Assembly: GCA_963805065.1 (NCBI GenBank)
Contig: CAWDSS010000010.1
Coordinates: forward strand, 19,696 to 83,695
Direction of reading: 5' to 3'
Length of the DNA stretch: 64,000 nucleotides
From: Candidatus Omnitrophota bacterium
Lineage (GTDB): Bacteria; Omnitrophota; Gorgyraeia; Gygaellales; Profunditerraquicolaceae
The position numbers and the translations under genes are program-made. Shown here in pieces: positions 17,626-28,118 of the stretch. The stretch's first letter is position 1, and each line of letters begins with the position of its first letter. Under the pieces are notes generated by a model, which saw nothing but the letters and a program-made list of their open reading frames with translations, had not been told where the DNA came from and did no database searches.

Positions 17626-19166
17626 TTAATGAGCTATGGGACCCATTGTCTGATGTTTTGGCCGTTTTAACAAGAAAACAAAGGGAATAACGCAAAGCAT
17701 GATAATTGTTGCTGCATAAAAGGCATCCATGAAAGCATGATAATTTGACTGCTTTAACAGGTTCTGATAAATCAAACCGTCTACGCTAAGATTATTGACA
17801 ACTCCTGTCCTTTGACTCAATATGCTCATTAAATGATGCTTGGCAAACTGATAGCGAGCATCGGAAGGAGTAAGCTGCTCCACAAAACGGAATTGATGGA
17901 ACTGCGCCCTCCTGGCAAGAAGGGTTGTCATAAACGCAATACCGAAACTTCCGGCAATATTTCTTAAAAGATTAAAAATACTTGTGGCATTGCCCATTTC
18001 CTCTTTTTTTATGGTGGCAAAGGCCATGCTGGCAAGCGGCACAAAAACCAGGCCCAAACCCAGCCCCATAATAAATCTTGACCATAACACCGTTTGGAAA
18101 TCTACGTAAAGGTTAAATGTCGCCATCATAAATACTGAATAAGCGGTTATAAGAAGACCGATGGTAAGTAATATCTTTGGGTTAAATTTAGTAACAAATC
18201 TTCCGGCAATAGGCATGGCAATTAGAGAGGCAATACCTCCCGGGGCAAGAGCAATTCCCGCGAAGAAAAGCAGTGTAACCCATTAGCTCCTGCAGGAATA
18301 AAGGCAAAAGCACAATGCTGCCAAAAAGCACAAAGAATGATAAAAACTGGATTACGTTAGCGCTGGCAAAGGAACTATCCTTGAATTCCCTTAAGTTTAA
18401 AACCGGCTCGCGTGCCCTCAGTTCAACTATAATAAACAGAACCAGGGATATGGCAGAGATTATTGCCAGCCGCGTGATAAAAACCGAAGAAAACCAATCC
18501 TCCCGCTGCCCTTTATCGAGAACTACCTGAAGACATCCTATGCCTACGGCAATCAGTCCAAGTCCCCAGTAATCCATCTTTTCCCTTACTCTTTTTAAGA
18601 TACGGACGGGTCCTGTATAAAAAGCATAATCATTATTATAGAAATAATCCCCATCGGGATATTAATATAAAAAATCCAGTTCCAGGACCAGTTATCAGTA
18701 ATCCAGCCGCCTAAAACCGGCCCTACAATCGGGCCGACCATAACCCCTACTCCAAAAAGCGCCATTGCCATTCCATATTCAGCAGCAGGAAAGGCCTCAA
18801 ATAATATCGCCTGAGAAAGAGGCTGCAGCGCTCCGCCTCCTATACCCTGTATTACCCTGAAAGATTATAAGCGCATTCATGCGTGTGTGCGCTTCCGCAC
18901 ATAAACGAACTGAGAGTAAATAATGCCACAGAAAATATTAAATAGCGTTTTCTGCCAAAAATACTGCTTAGCCAGGCAGTAAGCGGTATGATTATGGCAT
19001 TAGATACAAGATAGGCTGTGATTGTCCAGGTCACCTCATCTATCCCCGCAGACAGACTCCCTCGGATATGATCCAGCGAAACATTGACCACGGAAGTATC
19101 GATAACTTCCAGCAGCGTGGGGAGTACTACCGATAAGGCAATAATCCATTTACTTACCTTATTCAT
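17626..19166 (-). pseudogene. EmrB/QacA-type DHA2 MFS efflux pump, multiply frameshifted
   Basis: Track fragments 18852-19166, 18188-18577 and 17626-18216, plus an unlisted frame at 18577-18852 (FRVIQGIGGGALQPLSQAILFEAF...), join into one EmrB-like protein only after about 4 frame changes. The changes include a (CA)n tract near 18880 and a T-run near 18862. Confidence 0.75.
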
Positions 19167-20181
19167 CTTGGGTGATAATGGTAGGAACGCATGACATGCC
19201 TATGCGTAATACCCTGCGGCTATCAGTCGATTTATCAAATACTATTTTCACAGGAATTCTCTGGACTACTTTGACGTAATTACCGAGGGCATTCTCAGGA
19301 GGAAATAGCGAGAATACTGCACCCGTCCCTGCCATAATGCTATCCACCTTACCGGTAAAAATCTTTCCGGGATAAGTGTCGACTTTTATATTTACAGGCT
19401 GTCCTGGCCGTACGTGCCTTAACTGTGTCTCTTTGTAATTAGCAATCACCCATATGTCATCAAGCGCAACCACCGCCATTAATGGCTGGCCCGCCTGAAT
19501 CTGATTTCCTACTTCTACATTTTTTTGCGTCACATACCCATCGGTAGGAGCAGATATTTTGGTATAGCCTAGGTTTAGCTGGCTAGTTTTTAGGGCTGCT
19601 TCTCTCTGTTTTATCAAAGACTCTTCCAGATTTTTAAAGGACTTGGCTTTTTCCAGTTGCTCTCCTGCTGCCTTTGCCTGTGCTGCAGCCACATCATAAG
19701 CAGTAAGTATTTTTTCCTGCCTTTCTTTGGGGATAACGCTATCCTTAAACAGTGCCTCTCCTCTATTTTTGTCAAGCGCAGCCTGATTAAGCGATGCCTG
19801 CTGCATTTCTAAATTAGCCTCCGCTGTTTTTATGCCTGCCTCGGCGTCAAGGAGCCTGGCTTTCTCAGCATCAAGGGCTGCCTGCGCCTCGTTCACCTTA
19901 ACTTCATAATCAACAGGGTCAATCTCTACCAACAGGTCACCTTGTTTAACCGCCTGATTATCTTCGATATACACCTGCTTAACCGTGCCGTATATTTTAG
20001 CGGCGATACTGTGAATCCTGCCTTCGATATAGGCATCGTCGGTGGTGATGCGGTTACGGTTATAGGTTATGTAAGCAAACGCCGAAGCTGCGATTACAAC
20101 CACGGTAATCACTAACAGAAAAATTAATTTTTTATTTTTATTGTTTTGCGGATTCATCTTGTTTTTCCTCCATCCTTTCAT
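19159..20181 (-). CDS. HlyD/EmrA-type membrane fusion protein
   Basis: N-terminal TM, coiled-coil region, barrel-sandwich motifs (GDLLVEIDP, APTDGYV). Confidence 0.85.
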   Translation of the reverse strand: MKGWRKNKMNPQNNKNKKLIFLLVITVVVIAASAFAYITYNRNRITTDDAYIEGRIHSIAAKIYGTVKQVYIEDNQAVKQGDLLVEIDPVDYEVKVNEAQAALDAEKARLLDAEAGIKTAEANLEMQQASLNQAALDKNRGEALFKDSVIPKERQEKILTAYDVAAAQAKAAGEQLEKAKSFKNLEESLIKQREAALKTSQLNLGYTKISAPTDGYVTQKNVEVGNQIQAGQPLMAVVALDDIWVIANYKETQLRHVRPGQPVNIKVDTYPGKIFTGKVDSIMAGTGAVFSLFPPENALGNYVKVVQRIPVKIVFDKSTDSRRVLRIGMSCVPTIITQDE

Positions 20182-21526
20182 AAATTAAAGACAGGTCTAC
20201 GCCCATGGAATACATTAGTTTCGCATAACTACGTTTTAATTCGTAATCGTCATTAAAATAATTGGTGTGGGCAATGGTTTCCAGGGTTATTGCCTCAAGC
20301 ACCTCTGTTGAAGTAGCGCTGCCGGCATTATATTTTACGCGGTAAAACCGCACGTTTTCCTCTGCCTGGGAAACTGCGTCTTTACCTACTGTTAATTTTT
20401 CAGAAGCGTTCTTTAACCCTAATAAACTATCCTCTATCTCAAGTTTAATATCCTCTATTATTTTTTCTTTTTGCTCATTGAGTTGTTTTTGCCTTGCGCG
20501 TTCTTTGAGTAAGTCGGCTTTCGCCCTCCCGCCGTCATAAAAATTCATCTTTGCCCCTAGTTGAAATGAAACGTTATCTTCATGAACCTGGTAGTCATTC
20601 TCAGAATAAGCGTATCCTGCGTCGGCAAAAAATATGGGAAAATTTTCCACGGCTTTGGCTCTTTCGCTTAAGCTAGAAGCTTGTATCTGGTCTTCAAAGA
20701 AAACTATTTCAGGCCTTTGCCTGCCGGCAATATTCCAGGCATTCTCCAGTTCCGGAGGCTCTACAGGCTGCATACCTATATCTTGCGCCTCAACACTTTC
20801 TCTTAACGGAAAAGAAAGAATATTGTTAAGCTGGGCAACTGCGACTTCCTTTGCGTTACGCGCGGCAATAAGCTTTTGCCTTGCATCAGCCAGCCGCACC
20901 TGGGCAGGCAATAAATCGTTCTTAACCGCAGACCCCTGCTCATAAAGATGCTCCGCATCGTTTAGATAGGCATTTAAACTCTCTACCTCTTTTTCAAACA
21001 CCACAATCATTTTCTCTGCTTCCAAAAGATTAAAATAAGCAACGATGAATTCAAGGGTAGCTACTCTTTTTATGCTTTCGGTGTTTGCCTGGCGTGCTTT
21101 AAATAATTCTTTTGAGGCACGGTAGTTAAAAATATTTTTCCCGAAATCAAATAATGTCTGATAAACGTCCAGACTGAAAGAAAAGAAATCCTTATTGGAG
21201 GTGTTTACGTTTAAAGCATCAAACTTTGCGGCCGGCTTAAATTGATAGAATGTTTGCCAGCCGAGAGCGTTACCTTGCGGCAAAAGAACGGAACGCGCCA
21301 CCAGAGAATCCTGATACGCTTGTTCGTTATCCAGTAATGCTATTTTTAACAGCCGATTGTCCTTAAGGACTATTTTAATCCCCTCGGAAATAGTAATCAG
21401 CCTGTATTGTGCTTTTTGTTTGGCCAAAGTTTCTTCGCCAAAAGCAGGAAAAACCAAACCCTTGATTATAAAAATATTGAGAATTACGATTACTATTAAA
21501 TTCTTTCGCATTCTTGTTTCCTGCAC
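20138..21526 (-). CDS. TolC-family outer membrane efflux protein
   Basis: Signal peptide and a two-repeat alpha/beta TolC-like sequence. Confidence 0.8.
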   Translation of the reverse strand: MQETRMRKNLIVIVILNIFIIKGLVFPAFGEETLAKQKAQYRLITISEGIKIVLKDNRLLKIALLDNEQAYQDSLVARSVLLPQGNALGWQTFYQFKPAAKFDALNVNTSNKDFFSFSLDVYQTLFDFGKNIFNYRASKELFKARQANTESIKRVATLEFIVAYFNLLEAEKMIVVFEKEVESLNAYLNDAEHLYEQGSAVKNDLLPAQVRLADARQKLIAARNAKEVAVAQLNNILSFPLRESVEAQDIGMQPVEPPELENAWNIAGRQRPEIVFFEDQIQASSLSERAKAVENFPIFFADAGYAYSENDYQVHEDNVSFQLGAKMNFYDGGRAKADLLKERARQKQLNEQKEKIIEDIKLEIEDSLLGLKNASEKLTVGKDAVSQAEENVRFYRVKYNAGSATSTEVLEAITLETIAHTNYFNDDYELKRSYAKLMYSMGVDLSLIYERMEEKQDESAKQ

Positions 21527-21529
21527 TTT

Positions 21530-24500
21530 TTAAATCTTTAAATTTTTTGGTTTATCTTTTTGGTCTAGCGAACCTGGATTTTCTTCGGCTTTTTCAGGGG
21601 CATCATGGGATTTGTGCTCCAGCTTTGAGAATACTTCATATGCGCAAGGGACAACAAACAGTGTCAAGATAGTAGAGAGTGAAACTCCGCCGATAACAGC
21701 CACAGCCATGGGAACCATAACCTCCGAACCAGGTCCGATAGCCAGTGCCTCAGGAGTCGCAGCCGCAATCATGGCGATAGAAGTCATCAGAATCGGCCTT
21801 AGGCGTATAGGGCAGGCATCCAAAAGCGCCTCCTTTACTCCCATTCCCTGCTTGCGCCGTACATTAGTAAAATCAACGAGAAGAATAGAGTTTTTCTTTA
21901 CAATGCCCATAAGAAGAATAAGGCCAATCATACTATAAAGATTAAGCGTATTGTGAGTTAAGAACAAGAATAAAAAGGCCCCTGTGACACTAAATGGCAA
22001 TGCCAAAAGTACGGTAAAGGGATGGATAAAACTGTTGAACTGCGTTCCCAGAATCATATAAGCGACAAAAATTCCCAAAATAAGGGCAAAAATCAGGCTC
22101 TGGAAAGACTCTTTAAAGGCCTGTGAACCGCCGGAAAAAACTAGGTGGTAATCGTTCGGGAAGAACTTCTTTGCCGATTTTTAAAACAGCATCCAAGGCT
22201 TCTTGCTGAGAATGGCCCGGAGGCGGGGTTTGCATAAATACTGACAGCGCGCTCACGGTTTTTACGGGTAATTGAAAATAAAGAAGGATTTTCGTTTGCA
22301 GTCACAACTGCTGATAGCGGCACCACCTCTCCAAATTCATTACGCACCCACATTCTTTGAACGTCTTTTGTATTTGAGCGGTCAGCTTCAGCCAATCGCA
22401 CACGGATATCATAGCGTTTGCCGCGGCTGGTAAATTTGCCATTACGGACTCCTCCAACCATAGCATTGATAGTATCTGCTATGGAAAGGACACTTACGCC
22501 ATGCTCTGCTGCCTTCTGCCGGTCCGGATAAACTTGTAACTCCGGCATGCCGAGTTGATAGTCGGTATCAACATCTACCATTATACCCGAAGCCTTCATC
22601 CGCTTCATAATCTCCTGGCTAAATTGGCCCAATTTTTCCCAATCAGGCCCCCGGACCGTAAATTCAATTGGGAATCCGCGCTGCGCGGTAAAACCGGTAA
22701 GAGAAAGATCCTGAATCGAAGCGCGATCTACTCCCGGGTATGCTATTGAATTGCTTACGCACTATCTGCATAAACTCAGCTTGAGTCTCGTGATGGCCGT
22801 TTAACAGAGGCCTCTCTTTTGGAGGTTTCATCGTAATAAAAATAAATCCCTGATTAACCTGTCCTCCGGTAAAACTGCCTACCGCGCTGTAATAAGTCAA
22901 TACTTCCGGACGCTGCATGAGAAATTTCTCTGCTTCCTTAAAGAGATCGTCGGTTTTTTCGATGGAACTTCCCAGAGGCAATGTTATACGCGCAAGAAAC
23001 CTGCTTTGATCTTGCGGGGGAATGAATTCTTTTTTCAAAAGCCTCGATAGTGCCTAAAGACGAAACAAAAACCAAAATTGCAATAATTAAAATTGTCTTG
23101 GGCCGATCCAATATAAACTTAAGCGTAGAGCGATAACTTTCTGATAGCCATTTCATGATCTTATCAATGAATTTTCCCAGTCTTGTCGTATGCCCCACAG
23201 CCAAAAATTGCGAGCATCTCATCGGCGTAATAGTCAACGCCTCAAGCAAAGAAAACATTACCGCTACTGATATCGTGACTCCGAACTGGAAGAAGAATTT
23301 TCCGACGATCCCCTGCATAAAGATAACCGGTATAAAAATCGCTAAAATTGCTACGGATGCCGCAATAGCGGCAAAGGTAATCTCCCGCGCTCCGACTAAA
23401 GCCGCTTCTTTGCGCGCAAGCCCATGTTCCTGATAACGCGAAATATTCTCCAGAACCATGATGGCATCATCCACAACAATTCCTATAACCAAGGAAAGCC
23501 CGAGCATGGTAAAGGTATTAATAGTAAACCCTGCGAAATAAAGAATGAAAAATGCGCCCATGATAGAAAAAGGTATGGATAACAGAACATTGATATTAGC
23601 GCTCCAGGAGCCTAAAAATAAATAACAGACAAGCGAAGTCAGGATAACCGAAAGCAACAGGTTGAATTTTAACTCATTGACCGAATCCTTAATAAACTGG
23701 GTAGTATCAAAGACTACATCAAGATGCATGCCGGCAGGCAAAGTTTTTTGAAGCTCCTGCATTCTTTTCTTTACGCCATCGGCCACGTCCACGGCATTTG
23801 TGCCGCGCTGTTTAATTATCCCTAAGCCAACTGCGGGCTTTCCCCAGCTACGCGAAATCCTGCGGATATCTGCCAAGCCGTCTTCAACGCTGCCGACATC
23901 TCCGATACGCAGGCTCTTCCAAATCGGGCCGCCGCGCACACGCGTCGGTATAGTTATATTTTCAAATTGCTCCGGGGTTGTAGCCTCACCATAAACCCTG
24001 ACATTAATTTCTTTAGGGCCTGTGTCGATATACCCGGAAGGAATATCGGCGTGCTGAAAGTTTATCGCATTAAGCACGTCTTCAACCGTAAGCTCCATTT
24101 GCTGCATCTTTTCAGCATCAAGCCAAACCCTAAGATTCGGATCAACATATCCACCCAGCCTGATATCGCCAACCCCCGGAACAGTGGTAAACTGATCTTT
24201 TAAAGTTTCATTGGTATAACGGCACAAATCTTTGATGGACTTGTCTCCGGAAAGCGCAATAAACATTATCGGCTGGTCTTCAGGGTTAGTCTTGGTTACA
24301 ACAGGCGGGTCGATATCGCGCGGCAAGTTTCTTTGCGCCTGCGCAATCTTACTCTGCACCTCCTGAAGAGCTACGTCTATATTGCGGTTAAGATTAAATT
24401 CCAGCGTAATTTGCGCAATCCCTTGCATTGATACGGAAGTAACTTCTTTTAACCCCTCTACGCTCATCACAGCGTCTTCAATAATATCCGTTACATCGGT

Positions 24501-24680
24501 TTCCATAACTTCCGGGGCAGCACCCTCCCAGGTTACCGAGACCGAAACAACCGGAAAGTCCACATCGGGCAGCTGGCTTACCCCTAAACGCTGGAAACCT
24601 ATCCAACCAAAAACAAGGACGCCAATCATGAGCATCCAGCCAAAAACGGGATTTTTAATCGATATGTCAGATAGTGTCAT
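21530..24680 (-). pseudogene. RND (AcrB/HAE1-type) efflux permease, multiply frameshifted
   Basis: Fragments 22938-24680, 22664-23038, 22141-22632 and 21530-22078 are collinear pieces of one pump of about 1050 aa. Frame changes traced near 23035, 22735, 22215 and 22150. Confidence 0.8.
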
Positions 24681-25957
24681 TTTATTATTGTATCCGGGTT
24701 AATCTCTCCTGCAGCAGCTAATAACTGCCAGTAAAAACGTTTGCTTTCGTAAGAAGTATGGATGTAGCTTCTTCGGACGTCTTCCAAATTCTGTATCGCA
24801 GTCAAGACATCCAGGTTATTCACCACATTTAGTTTGTAATCCTGAGTTTGCAAATGATAACTTAATTCGGCAGATTCCAAAGCTTTTCCCAATGTCTTCT
24901 TTCTTGAAATAGATATCTGCATATTTACATAAGCATCATGGATATCCTGAATTGCAATTCTTCCTAACCTGCTATACAGCAGTCCGCTCTGTTTTGCCAC
25001 AGCATCAGCTTCTTTAACCTGGCCATAAGTCGTAGTCCCTTCAAAAATAGGGACATTCACTGAAAGCAGGGCATCCCATTTGCTATCCGCAGGCGCAGTG
25101 GAGCGATGGGTAAAATAGTCTCCCTCTAAATTTATCTGAGGAAGGAAACCGCTTCTGGCAATTGCTATCTTTTCCTGATCCGACCTCCAGGCATAATAAG
25201 AAGCTTGTACATCCGGACGAAAAGATGCTTCTGCTAAATATTGAGATTCTGGTTTTATATTAAGATCGAAATTTGATTCTGCTATTTTGTCAAACGGCCT
25301 GCCGATTAAAAATTCAAGAAGCTGGCGCACTAAGAGCTCCTGATTTCTATCCAACTGAATCTGGGCTTCGAGATTATAAAGCTGGTATTCTGTAGTCACG
25401 ACCTCACTGGTCCTGGATTTACCGATACTCTGCCGTGACTTTAATTCTTTAACGCGGTCTTGAAGCGCAAATTCAATTGTCTTAAGTGCGTTAAGGTCTT
25501 GCTGTGTTTCCAAAAGCAGATAAAACGCATCGGAGACATCCACAAAAAGAAGCTGTTCAGCACGCCATTTCTCCTTTTGGCGCTGACTCTTTTCAAATTT
25601 ACTGCTCTTCATTGCGGCAAATTCTTTAAAACCGGAAAACAGATCCTGTGTGAAGGTAAATTTTGCTTCGTGCATATTGTTAAAAGAGGCGTCGCTGGAA
25701 TGATTTCTCATCTCTGCGTGGGAAAAGGATACTTGCGGCATTATTGTTCCGAACGCCTCAAGGAAATGCGCTTCGGCTATTTTGATTTGCTCGGCATCTA
25801 TGGCAATAAGTTCGCTTTGCTTTAGTGCAAGTTTATAGCAGTCTATGAGCGTAAACGCCTTTTCTTCGGCCTTTGGCTTTTCCTGGGCATAGGAAGGCAA
25901 ATAAACCAATGTAAACATAAATACGAATAATACTATTAATCTATCTCTTTTTCTCAT
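24677..25957 (-). CDS. TolC-family outer membrane efflux protein
   Basis: Signal peptide and TolC-like repeats. Its stop overlaps the RND start as ATGA. Confidence 0.8.
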   Translation of the reverse strand: MRKRDRLIVLFVFMFTLVYLPSYAQEKPKAEEKAFTLIDCYKLALKQSELIAIDAEQIKIAEAHFLEAFGTIMPQVSFSHAEMRNHSSDASFNNMHEAKFTFTQDLFSGFKEFAAMKSSKFEKSQRQKEKWRAEQLLFVDVSDAFYLLLETQQDLNALKTIEFALQDRVKELKSRQSIGKSRTSEVVTTEYQLYNLEAQIQLDRNQELLVRQLLEFLIGRPFDKIAESNFDLNIKPESQYLAEASFRPDVQASYYAWRSDQEKIAIARSGFLPQINLEGDYFTHRSTAPADSKWDALLSVNVPIFEGTTTYGQVKEADAVAKQSGLLYSRLGRIAIQDIHDAYVNMQISISRKKTLGKALESAELSYHLQTQDYKLNVVNNLDVLTAIQNLEDVRRSYIHTSYESKRFYWQLLAAAGEINPDTIIK

Positions 25958-25965
25958 TCTTCACA

Positions 25966-26039
25966 GGGACACCCTTAAATTCAATCGGGAGGATGTCCCT
26001 ATTTGGGGACACCTTTTGCTTTGGAATCAAGGGTGTCCC
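25966..26039. repeat. two tandem family A hairpins (GGGACACC...GGGTGTCCC)
   Basis: 25966-25999 and 26006-26039. They share GAAT(T)CAAGGGTGTCCC with the 3400-3433 hairpin, one of them in inverted orientation. Confidence 0.55.
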
Positions 26040-26488
26040 TATTTATTGGAGGAAATTATCTCGTTTATTCGCAATAAGATACGTAAATAATCCTTGCGTT
26101 CTTTTTCAGAAAGCATGCTAAACATATCAATAATTGAACGCCTGCGTTCTTCATTAACCTTTTTTGCGATTTCCTGGCCGCGGCTGGTAAGTTTCATACG
26201 TATAAGCCGCCTGTCCCTTGAATCGTAAAAACGCTGGCAATAGCCAGCCTCAACAAGCCTGTCTATCGTACCGGTCATTGCCGCGGTTGACACGTCCATA
26301 AACTTGGCTAAACCCGTCATGGTAGACTCTCCTTGCCTATTAAGATGATCCAAAATAAAAAACTGCGGGAAGGTAATATTTGCCATAGACAATAACCTCA
26401 TTTTGTTACGGCCAAATTCGCGCATGAGAGTAGGCATTATTGCATTAATCTGGTCGGCAAATTTAGCTAAAGAGTTTTTGCCTGCCAT
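26039..26488 (-). CDS. MarR-family transcriptional regulator
   Basis: Winged-helix region FFILDHLNRQGESTMTGLAKFMDVSTAAMTGTIDRLVEAGY...DRRLIRMKLT. Confidence 0.85.
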   Translation of the reverse strand: MAGKNSLAKFADQINAIMPTLMREFGRNKMRLLSMANITFPQFFILDHLNRQGESTMTGLAKFMDVSTAAMTGTIDRLVEAGYCQRFYDSRDRRLIRMKLTSRGQEIAKKVNEERRRSIIDMFSMLSEKERKDYLRILLRINEIISSNK

Positions 26489-26503
26489 TATCCCTCCTGA
26501 AAA

Positions 26504-26565
26504 TTGTTAAGATTATTAATAATCAACATGCTTAACAATATATACTAAAAAAAGCCTTTTGTCAA
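26504..26565 (-). promoter_or_regulatory. sigma70-like promoter overlapped by an inverted repeat (putative MarR operator)
   Basis: On the minus strand: TTGACA (26565-26560), 17 nt, TATATT (26542-26537). The inverted repeat TTGTTAAG (26504-26511) / CTTAACAA (26531-26538) overlaps the -10 box. Confidence 0.5.
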
Positions 26566-26613
26566 GGGAATTTCCGTCGAAAAACACGGGTTAATAAAAT
26601 AATGGTAAGGGGA

Positions 26614-27300
26614 TTATTTAGGGATAAATTGCATCAAATCGTATATACCCAGGGTCTTTTCAAGTTCTTTAACCCGCTCTACTTCTTTTTCAAAACCGTT
26701 CTTCCCGAATAATTCCTGTTCCTTGTCCTCGAATTTATCACCCAGCATCGCTAGTTCACTTGGCGTAATAACTTTCTCTAGCGCCGGGAATAAAACAGTG
26801 TCTTCGCGCGCTGCATGAGGACGGTAAAGACGGATGAACTTACTAAGGCAACTAGCAAGCTCGATACGATTTTTTTGCTCTTTAAGGGAAGTGGCGTTAG
26901 AAAGATTAATTATCTTCTGAGTTAATATCCTGCCTGCGACGTGTTGTTTACGCAATACTCTCGTAAGATCTCCCAATTCACCGGTTTTTTCAAAACGTGG
27001 AAAAATGTAATCTTCTTCGAGCTTCTCGTGGTACTGCTCAATAAAAGTTTGTATGATTCGCGCTGCACTGGCAAGAGCATCCGCAGGAATTTCTTTACCC
27101 TTGTAATACCGCCGAAGAACTTCTTCATAGATGAGAATAACTCTTCTTAGCACTCCGTGCTCGCGCATCAGGTCCTCGGCAGGTGATATCGCCTCGCCAA
27201 CATTGCGTAACTCCTGCTTCGCTTCTTTTGCGTTTATCGCAGGCACAATCAACAAACTAAAAAATAAACATATTGCCAGTTTTTTTAAAGACGGCATCAA
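26614..27300 (-). CDS. hemerythrin-like domain protein with signal peptide
   Basis: EDLMREHGVLRRVILIYEE and HAAREDTVLFP resemble HHE cation-binding motifs. N-terminal signal LAICLFFSLLIVPAINA. Confidence 0.65.
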   Translation of the reverse strand: MMPSLKKLAICLFFSLLIVPAINAKEAKQELRNVGEAISPAEDLMREHGVLRRVILIYEEVLRRYYKGKEIPADALASAARIIQTFIEQYHEKLEEDYIFPRFEKTGELGDLTRVLRKQHVAGRILTQKIINLSNATSLKEQKNRIELASCLSKFIRLYRPHAAREDTVLFPALEKVITPSELAMLGDKFEDKEQELFGKNGFEKEVERVKELEKTLGIYDLMQFIPK

Positions 27301-27328
27301 CCTGCCTCCGCCTGATTGCTATGGATAT

Positions 27329-27499
27329 TTATCTTGTTAACTGTAACTCCCGTTTTATCTGCTTCTCTGCTTCGAACCAATCAGCCCATTCATTGCCGGG
27401 AGCACATCCTCTTCTCTTGCAAAGTTCCTGCGCCCTCCATTTTATCAGGTCTCTGATTTTATCTTCAGAGAGTTCCTTAGTACGCATACCTTTAGTCAT
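27329..27499 (-). CDS. DUF2934-like small protein (56 aa), below the track threshold
   Basis: Hand translation: MTKGMRTKELSEDKIRDLIKWRAQELCKRRGCAPGNEWADWFEAEKQIKRELQLTR. Shine-Dalgarno GGAGGTG lies 6 nt upstream. Confidence 0.5.
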   Translation of the reverse strand: MTKGMRTKELSEDKIRDLIKWRAQELCKRRGCAPGNEWADWFEAEKQIKRELQLTR

Positions 27500-27515
27500 G
27501 TTGGCACCTCCTTAC

Positions 27516-27659
27516 TTATTTCTTATGCTTTTTTGACTTGCCGACCATGGGGCGGCCGCAACACCAGATTACTTCATCCGACATGCCGCAGGCATTAACT
27601 AAAACCTCCCTGCCGCAAGGAACACACACCAATTTCTGACCTTTTTTAGGCTTTGCCAT
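27516..27659 (-). CDS. desulforedoxin-like small protein (47 aa), below the track threshold
   Basis: Hand translation: MAKPKKGQKLVCVPCGREVLVNACGMSDEVIWCCGRPMVGKSKKHKK. It carries CxxC-x17-CC-G-x-x-M. Shine-Dalgarno GGAGG lies upstream. Confidence 0.5.
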   Translation of the reverse strand: MAKPKKGQKLVCVPCGREVLVNACGMSDEVIWCCGRPMVGKSKKHKK

Positions 27660-27674
27660 ATCTTGCCTCCTTTT

Positions 27675-28046
27675 TTATTCCAGCAATGCACACTCAATCT
27701 CGCCGATCACATCCAGGGGCGTAAATGGTTTTTTCAGGCAACGTTTAATACCATATAGCTCAAGCAGTGGCTTATACTCGTCCTTGTAAAACGCTGACAT
27801 AGCAATAATCGGCACGTTAGCAAAATCAGCAATGTCACGTAGCTCCTTTGCAATTTCAAATCCGGTTTTTTTGGGCATTTTTAAATCAAGGATTACTACC
27901 GAAGGATTTATCGATTTTGCGACATCCAATGCCGCAAGGGCATCGTTAACTGCTATCAGTTCATAACCGCTTAATTCAAGCAAGTCTCTTAGCTCTTCTA
28001 AGAATCCTTTATCATCATCAACAATCATTATTTTTTTGTTTATCAT
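27675..28046 (-). CDS. single-domain response regulator (CheY-like)
   Basis: KIMIVDDD...VVILDLKMPKKTGFE...KKPF receiver signature. 123 aa. Confidence 0.85.
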   Translation of the reverse strand: MINKKIMIVDDDKGFLEELRDLLELSGYELIAVNDALAALDVAKSINPSVVILDLKMPKKTGFEIAKELRDIADFANVPIIAMSAFYKDEYKPLLELYGIKRCLKKPFTPLDVIGEIECALLE

Positions 28047-28118
28047 AACACCGGACTCCTTAGTAGTTTTATTATAAGAAATAATTGTAAACTGTCCATG
28101 TGCTTAATCCACTTTCTT

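Noticed and set aside
17626-24680. Programmed ribosomal frameshifting or recoding as the explanation for the split efflux genes.
   Set aside because: There are several shifts per gene, in both directions. They occur at unrelated sequences (short homopolymers, a CA repeat, non-repeat sites), without slippery heptamers or downstream structures. Pseudogenisation or consensus error is far more plausible.
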